From the sequence record NC_023719.1: a DNA stretch of 64,000 nt. The stretch is one strand, 5' to 3'. Each line of letters begins with the position of its first letter. The first letter of the stretch is position 1. Under the pieces are notes generated by a model. That model did not search any database and was not told the origin of the DNA. It worked only from the letters and a program-made list of their open reading frames with translations. Of this stretch, positions 58,668 to 64,000 are shown one piece after another. A program made the position numbers and the translations under genes.

Positions 58668-59261
58668 ATGTTAACTACTAGAATTAAACAATTTGAATTC
58701 AATACTACTCCTACCGAAGACATGAAGCTATTTGACATCCTTAGTATAAGTGATAACGTATCTATTACTAAAGACGGCTTAGTTTATCATGTCACTTCTC
58801 AAAAAGATGATACTACTGTAGAATTTTCAATAGTAACAAATACAAAAAACTACATTATTAACATCATATATGATAAACAAAAACCTCTTTTTTTATCAAA
58901 TCAAATTTTAGTACCTCTAATTAACATAGCGGAAGACTATGCTTTAGACACTAATAAAGAACTACAAGAAAAACTAACAACTATTTTATGTAAAGATAAT
59001 TTTTGTCCAATATGTAACTCTCAACTCATAGAAGGAAAAAGACACGAATTAAAATGTAATAACAACTGTTATAGTATAAGCTATTCAAATTACACCCGTA
59101 CTATAGATCTAGAAGCAACTATCTTTAATGAAGAATTCCAAGCATACGGAGATCAATCAATAAAAGATAAAATAGAAGCTATAAATCTTATATATGAACA
59201 AATCTCACACTGGAAAGAAAACGATAAATACTTAACAAAAATACTAAAAGGAGAAAACTAA
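58668..59261 (+). CDS. Array family member 25
   Basis: CKDNFCPIC...CNNNCY...HWKENDKYLTKIL. Confidence 0.85.
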   Translation: MLTTRIKQFEFNTTPTEDMKLFDILSISDNVSITKDGLVYHVTSQKDDTTVEFSIVTNTKNYIINIIYDKQKPLFLSNQILVPLINIAEDYALDTNKELQEKLTTILCKDNFCPICNSQLIEGKRHELKCNNNCYSISYSNYTRTIDLEATIFNEEFQAYGDQSIKDKIEAINLIYEQISHWKENDKYLTKILKGEN

Positions 59262-59262
59262 T

Positions 59263-59856
59263 ATGGACGTTATCGAAATTAAACAATTTGAGATAAATAC
59301 TTCACAAGAAGAATACAAAATACTTAGTGATATCCTTAATATAAGCAATAATTTTTCTATTACAAAAGAAAATTCAACTTACTATATTACATCTCAAAAA
59401 GAAAACGCTTGCATAAAATTTTCACTAGTAATAAATCAATATAATCATATAGCTAAAGTTGTATATAACGAAGGAAAACAAAAATACAACATACATGCAA
59501 TAGCAAGAACCCTAACTGACATAGCAGAAGATTACACTATAGCTACTAATAAAAAAATAAAACATAAACTATCAATAATAAAATCTGAAAATAATAAATG
59601 CCCTATTTGTAATTCTCAACTAACAATGCTATCAGAAAGTGAATTAAAATGTAAAAACAACTGCTACAACATATTCAATTCAAACTACAGCGGGTCAATT
59701 GACTTTGTAGTAACAATCTTTGGTAAAGAGCACTCAATATATGGAGACTATTCAATAAAATCTAAAGTAAGACTCATCAACAAAATTTATAATCATATCT
59801 CCAACTGGAAAAAGAACGAAAAGTATCTAGCAAAAATACTAAAAGGAGAATACTAA
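59263..59856 (+). CDS. Array family member 26
   Basis: KCPIC...CKNNCY...NWKKNEKYLAKIL. Confidence 0.85.
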   Translation: MDVIEIKQFEINTSQEEYKILSDILNISNNFSITKENSTYYITSQKENACIKFSLVINQYNHIAKVVYNEGKQKYNIHAIARTLTDIAEDYTIATNKKIKHKLSIIKSENNKCPICNSQLTMLSESELKCKNNCYNIFNSNYSGSIDFVVTIFGKEHSIYGDYSIKSKVRLINKIYNHISNWKKNEKYLAKILKGEY

Positions 59857-59857
59857 T

Positions 59858-60448
59858 ATGCTCTCTATCAAAATTAAACAATTTGAAATAAACACTACTC
59901 CAAAAGAATATGATCTACTTAGAGATATCATTAAAGCAAGTGATAAAATATCTATCACAAAAGAAAATCTAACTTACTATGTCACATCTCAAAAAGATGA
60001 AACAATTATAGAATTCTCAATCATAATAAATCCAAGAAACGATATTATCAACATCCTCTATGATAAAAAGAAATCTCCCTTCCCAATATATAAAGTCGTG
60101 CGAGCTCTAACAAACATAACAGAAGATCTCCATCTAGAAACTAATAAAAAATTATACAATAAACTAAAAATCATACAATGCGAAGATCACAAATGCCCTA
60201 TATGCGGATCTGAACTCTTAATATTACAAAATGAATCAAAATGCAAAAATAAATGTTATAGCGTACACTACTCAACATCTAGCTACGCTATAGATTTAGA
60301 AGTAAACATCTTTAATGAAGAATTCACAGCATACGGAAATCAATCAATAGAAAACAAAATAGATACTATAAATCTTATCTGTAATCAAATCTCTTACTGG
60401 AAAGAAGATGACAAATACTTAACGAAAATACTAAAAGGAGAATACTAA
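59858..60448 (+). CDS. Array family member 27
   Basis: CEDHKCPIC...CKNKCY...YWKEDDKYLTKIL. Confidence 0.85.
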   Translation: MLSIKIKQFEINTTPKEYDLLRDIIKASDKISITKENLTYYVTSQKDETIIEFSIIINPRNDIINILYDKKKSPFPIYKVVRALTNITEDLHLETNKKLYNKLKIIQCEDHKCPICGSELLILQNESKCKNKCYSVHYSTSSYAIDLEVNIFNEEFTAYGNQSIENKIDTINLICNQISYWKEDDKYLTKILKGEY

Positions 60449-60449
60449 C

Positions 60450-61001
60450 ATGCTCAATATAAAAACTACAAAAGAAGAACAAGAAAAACTACAAGAAATA
60501 ACAAACATCTGTGATAAAATAGAAACAACTAAAATCTCAAGCGACAAATACAAAATAAAAGCTACAAAAGGAAACATCACTATAAACTTCTCAATTGTGA
60601 CAAATCAAGATAACGGAATAAGATTCGTCAATTATAAATCACCCTTCAACAAACTAAAAAATCTACAACAAATCATAGAAGATCTATATATACCCAACGA
60701 TAAAAAACTACAAAATCAACTAACCACTATATATAGCGAAAACAATCTTTGCCCTATATGTAACTCAAAACTAAATACTCCCTCAACTAAAATAAAAAAA
60801 TGCAACAATAAATGCTATTTGCTTTTCTTAACTTCACGAGACGAACACAAAATACATTTCAATATTAGAATATTCGATGATTTCTTTAAAATTCAGGAAG
60901 ATCAAAACTTATATAAAAAAATAAACATCATAAACACTATATATAATCAAATCTCTCACTGGAAAGAAAACGAAAATTATATAGCAAAACTACTAAAATA
61001 A
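60450..61001 (+). CDS. Array family member 28
   Basis: LCPIC...CNNKCY...HWKENENYIAKLL. Confidence 0.85.
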   Translation: MLNIKTTKEEQEKLQEITNICDKIETTKISSDKYKIKATKGNITINFSIVTNQDNGIRFVNYKSPFNKLKNLQQIIEDLYIPNDKKLQNQLTTIYSENNLCPICNSKLNTPSTKIKKCNNKCYLLFLTSRDEHKIHFNIRIFDDFFKIQEDQNLYKKINIINTIYNQISHWKENENYIAKLLK

Positions 61002-61006
61002 AACAC

Positions 61007-61035
61007 AAACTATCTTATAATAAGGTAGTTTTTTT
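61007..61035 (+). terminator. Intrinsic terminator closing the array
   Basis: AAACTATCTTA-taa-TAAGGTAGTTT-TTTT. Confidence 0.7.
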
Positions 61036-61299
61036 ACTCTCAACAACTAAGTTTACTATAGTAAACACGTACGCGCGAGCAACACTTTATCTTCATTTCT
61101 AACCTCATTTTTTCAAAAAACACTAAAATATCTATAGTGTAAATAAACGTGGAACAGTAGTGTAAATAGAACACTAAATAATAATCGTTTGGTAGGTGTA
61201 AATCGTGAAAAATTCCGTATAAATCAATAGAAAATCCACCTCAAAAGATCAAACCAGATCAAACAAGGCTGGTGTAATAAGTGTCAACAACGAGAGAGA

Positions 61300-61765
61300 A
61301 CAACAAAAAAGACTTCAAAAACAGGAGAAATGTAAAAAAAACTACATAAAAAATAAAAAACTTCTATATATATAAAAAAGAATTATGTAAAAGATAAAAA
61401 AAACATATATACAAACTAATCAATATATATATAGAAAACTAGCATAAACATAAATAAACTTATATATAAAAAAGAAAGCATATATATAAGAAACTACTAT
61501 AAAACATATATAGAAACATTCGTAAAACTCATATATAAAAATTACTATATAAAACATGAAACGATATATAAACAACATTCAAAAAATATCATAATAAATC
61601 ATAAACATATATATAGAAAAACATAAAACAATCATATAAGAAAGACTCAAAGAAACATGAAATCATACAAGAAAACATATATAGAAAACATTCATAAAAC
61701 TACATAAAAGAGAGAAATCATAAACATATAAGAGAGAAATCATGCAAGAAAACATGAAATCAGAG
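61300..61765. repeat. A/C-rich degenerate repeat tract (ATATATAGAAAAC and GAAATCAT units)
   Basis: Multiple CATATATAGAAA(A)C and GAAATCAT(A/G)CAAGAAAACAT variants; no long ORF. Confidence 0.6.
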
Positions 61766-61936
61766 CTCGCGCAACACGGTGACTCTGTCTGAATACGCTG
61801 TTTTGAACACTTCTAGATCAAAAAGCAAGCGCAGATAAAAGCAGATGAAGGAAATTGGAGAGAAAAGTGAGTGAGTGTGATGGAAAATTGCTGTAAATAG
61901 CATATAAAAGCGTGTCAAATTGGTGAAAGCAAATTA

Positions 61937-61966
61937 AAAGAACTATAGAATTTGCTATAGTTCTTT
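61937..61966. repeat. 12-bp perfect inverted repeat
   Basis: AAAGAACTATAG-aatttg-CTATAGTTCTTT. Confidence 0.85.
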
Positions 61967-61986
61967 AGAGATAGATATTGAATTTG

Positions 61987-62070
61987 ATGTAGTATAGATC
62001 AATTAATAAGAAAATTCTATATATAGAAAAGAGAAGAAAGTTTGTTTTTATTAATTGATCTATACTACAT
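61987..62070. repeat. 23-bp perfect inverted repeat enclosing the palindrome TTCTATATATAGAA
   Basis: ATGTAGTATAGATCAATTAATAA (61987-62009) / TTATTAATTGATCTATACTACAT (62048-62070); palindrome at 62015-62028. Confidence 0.9.
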
Positions 62071-62230
62071 TAGGGGGAAAATGGAAAATTCTTAATCCAA
62101 GTAAGAAAGTAGGTATCCCCCTATGTAGGTTTTTACAACAAAATATGGAGGAATGTTGTAAAATGAAAAACTATTCAACAGTAATGTATCGCTAACTATA
62201 TATTAGCGGCTGCCGTAGCAGCAAGAAAAG

Positions 62231-62315
62231 TTCTATAGCTCTATATATAGAAGATTAGAACTCTTTTTGCTGCCCGCAGATCATTTAGTGATCTTCTATA
62301 TATAGAGCTATAGAA
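62231..62315. repeat. 25-bp perfect inverted repeat containing CTATATATAG
   Basis: TTCTATAGCTCTATATATAGAAGAT (62231-62255) / ATCTTCTATATATAGAGCTATAGAA (62291-62315). Confidence 0.9.
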
Positions 62316-62581
62316 ATAGAAAAAATAGAAAAGCTCTATATATAGATCATTCTTTTAGATCGTTCCTTATTGTAGCTTCACTTAATAAAGATAAGAAAGT
62401 GTTCCCGTACTCTTTCTTCTATTCCGGAATTAATAATATTATAAGAGGATAGCATTAGATTTTTAACACTTTTAAATTATTTCCCGATTATTTCCCAAAC
62501 ATTGTAATAGTATATGTAATGAAGAGAATTGAGATAGAGTATAAAGATGAAAAGAGCGACAACGTGATTGTTTAAAAATAG

Positions 62582-62621
62582 TTTACAAAGTTATTAGAAT
62601 ATGATATAATAAATATATAAG
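62582..62621 (+). promoter_or_regulatory. sigmaA-like promoter, conserved phage class
   Basis: TTTACA (62582-62587), 17 bp spacer, TG-A-TATAAT (62605-62610), AAATATATAAG. Confidence 0.8.
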
Positions 62622-62645
62622 AACAAATATAGGGAGAAGGAAACG

Positions 62646-63014
62646 ATGGACAGAAAAGAAGAGTTGATTAGTCAGATCGAAGAAGATTTATTGATATTGA
62701 CATTATCTATGGGGATAAAGGTATTGAAGAATGACGATAGTTTTAATGTATTAGATCATAAGAATTATCGATTATTCGCTATATATATAGAAGAAGCTAA
62801 GATAGGTTATAGATATAAAGTGTTATTAAATTATGAAGGTAAGTTAGGAAATATAAACATTAGGGGTTCTCATAATATAGTAGAAAGTTATGATGAAGAA
62901 GTTGTATATAGTAAAGTAAAGAAGATGATAGACGCTATAGTTGAAAATGATGGAACGGTGAAGAGGACGTATATTGATGATGGATTCGAAGTTAAGAGAT
63001 CTGGTGAAAGTTGA
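62646..63014 (+). CDS. Hypothetical protein, family 3 (tentative)
   Basis: First gene after the promoter; GGGAGAAGG RBS. Confidence 0.7.
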   Translation: MDRKEELISQIEEDLLILTLSMGIKVLKNDDSFNVLDHKNYRLFAIYIEEAKIGYRYKVLLNYEGKLGNINIRGSHNIVESYDEEVVYSKVKKMIDAIVENDGTVKRTYIDDGFEVKRSGES

Positions 63015-63264
63015 ATTAGTATCTTTAGCATTAGTAAAAGAAATATATATAAAAGAAAATAGTAATCTTATAGATGTATATGATTCAAATGATTGGAGAA
63101 TTTTTGCTATTTATTATGATAAGCAAGCGGATCTATATATAGTAAGAACTATTATGAAGTGGAAACGTAAAGAATGGATGCGTAATACCGTGATAATTTC
63201 TAAAACCGCAGATATAGAAGAGACGTTGAGAAATTCAAAGAGAGCTATACGAGCTCTTATGTGA
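62974..63264 (+). CDS. Hypothetical protein, family 3
   Basis: KLRDLVKVELVSLALVKEI N-terminal pattern. Confidence 0.65.
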   Translation: MMMDSKLRDLVKVELVSLALVKEIYIKENSNLIDVYDSNDWRIFAIYYDKQADLYIVRTIMKWKRKEWMRNTVIISKTADIEETLRNSKRAIRALM

Positions 63265-63273
63265 GGTGAGTTT

Positions 63274-63585
63274 GTGGATAGAATAAGAGAATATATAGAT
63301 AGTGAGATAGTAGGGTGTGCCTTGATGGGTAATTTCCCCGAGTATAAGTGTAATTATCTTTATTGTTCGAGTAATCTTAGTCTTAATGTATGGATCGGCG
63401 AAATTTTTTATTTTGAGATTAGTGAAGATAGAGAGGGTGGATATATTGTTTCTCCAAATATGTGGAATTTAAAGACATATGTAAAGATGCGGTATATGGC
63501 TGATGAGATTAGAGTAGATACTGAAGAAGAAGTGATGAATATAGCTAGGCACTTTCTTAGGTTGAAGGGAGAAAGAGTCGTATGA
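63274..63585 (+). CDS. Hypothetical protein, family 3
   Basis: RIREYIDSEIVGCALM; GTG start after GAGGTGAG. Confidence 0.65.
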   Translation: MDRIREYIDSEIVGCALMGNFPEYKCNYLYCSSNLSLNVWIGEIFYFEISEDREGGYIVSPNMWNLKTYVKMRYMADEIRVDTEEEVMNIARHFLRLKGERVV

Positions 63586-63911
63586 GTAGTTATGATAGAA
63601 TTCATGAGTGGTTAAAAGAATCATTAGTAGGTTTATCTTTAATTAGAAGTGTAGAGTTTGAGTACGTAAGTCATATAGCTTTTGGATCTAATAAAGAGAT
63701 AAGAAGCATTTATATAAATTGTGAAAGTTTGCTGTTTTTAAATTTAGTTATATATGAAATGAGTGACAAGTGTATATTTCAGTGTAGTAATGGTTTTCGT
63801 TTTAGGCACGATAAAGAAAATCATTATATATCGACTGAAGATTTTGATATATGTATTGAGAGGTTAGAAGAATGGATAGAAGAGATAATGCAAGTAAAGA
63901 TAATACTATAA
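63582..63911 (+). CDS. Hypothetical protein, family 3
   Basis: RIHEWLKESLVGLSLIRSVEFEY. Confidence 0.7.
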   Translation: MSSYDRIHEWLKESLVGLSLIRSVEFEYVSHIAFGSNKEIRSIYINCESLLFLNLVIYEMSDKCIFQCSNGFRFRHDKENHYISTEDFDICIERLEEWIEEIMQVKIIL

Positions 63912-64000
63912 GCAACTATACTAGAGTAGTGGAACGTTTAAAAGAATTATTAGTGATGTTATCTTTATTTAGAGAGGTAGAGATTGAATATCATTATTAT
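63908..64000 (+). CDS. 5' part of a further family 3 paralog running off the window (ATA or GTG start)
   Basis: ISNYTRVVERLKELLVMLSLFREVEIEY aligns with MSSYDRIHEWLKESLVGLSLIRSVEFEY of 63582. Confidence 0.55.
   Translation, partial: MSNYTRVVERLKELLVMLSLFREVEIEYHYY

Larger units (their letters stand above)
61036..62580. other. 1.5-kb non-coding region with GC-skew inversion; candidate replication origin or genome-end junction
   Basis: C>G to the left of ~61.8 kb and G>C to the right; repeats and long inverted repeats. Confidence 0.5.

Noticed and set aside
61300-61780. CRISPR array or mini-array
   Set aside because: Repeats are short, degenerate and irregularly spaced, with no constant 25-45 bp repeat separated by unique spacers, and no cas genes.
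1-64000. tRNA, rRNA, integrase, transposase or self-splicing intron
   Set aside because: No cloverleaf-like GC-rich segment, recombinase or transposase motif, or interrupted gene was seen by eye; tRNAscan-SE and Infernal would be needed to exclude them fully.

Overview
This window looks like part of a very AT-rich, large (probably jumbo) tailed phage of spore-forming Bacillota such as Bacillus or Lysinibacillus. That assignment is inferred from gene content, Firmicute-type RBSs and sigmaA-like promoters. From left to right: (i) 0-6.5 kb holds small accessory genes, including an R2K-type ATP-grasp protein, an alpha/beta SASP and a DnaG-type primase core lacking its Zn-binding domain. (ii) 6.8-37.7 kb is a tail/baseplate appendage block. 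It has three proteins sharing an 'LLEDELNExQW' N-terminal domain, four paralogous Fn3/BNR mosaic fibre proteins carrying ten variable cassettes, and an XkdW-like/XkdX pair; three of the four fibre genes are preceded by a covarying RNA-like hairpin. (iii) 37.8-42.5 kb holds accessory genes, including a TARG1-like macrodomain. (iv) 42.6-61.0 kb is the most striking feature: a co-oriented tandem array of 28 diverged paralogs with a variable N-terminal half and a constant Cys4 (CPxC...CxNxC) plus YWKExDxYLxKIL C-terminal half. A solo copy of the constant domain lies at 1446. (v) 61.0-62.6 kb is non-coding, with an abrupt GC-skew inversion, degenerate repeats and 12-25 bp perfect inverted repeats (candidate replication origin or genome-end junction), followed by another small-ORF family. 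I saw no tRNA, rRNA, CRISPR array, integrase or reverse transcriptase. All homology calls come from motif recognition by eye; no searches were run.
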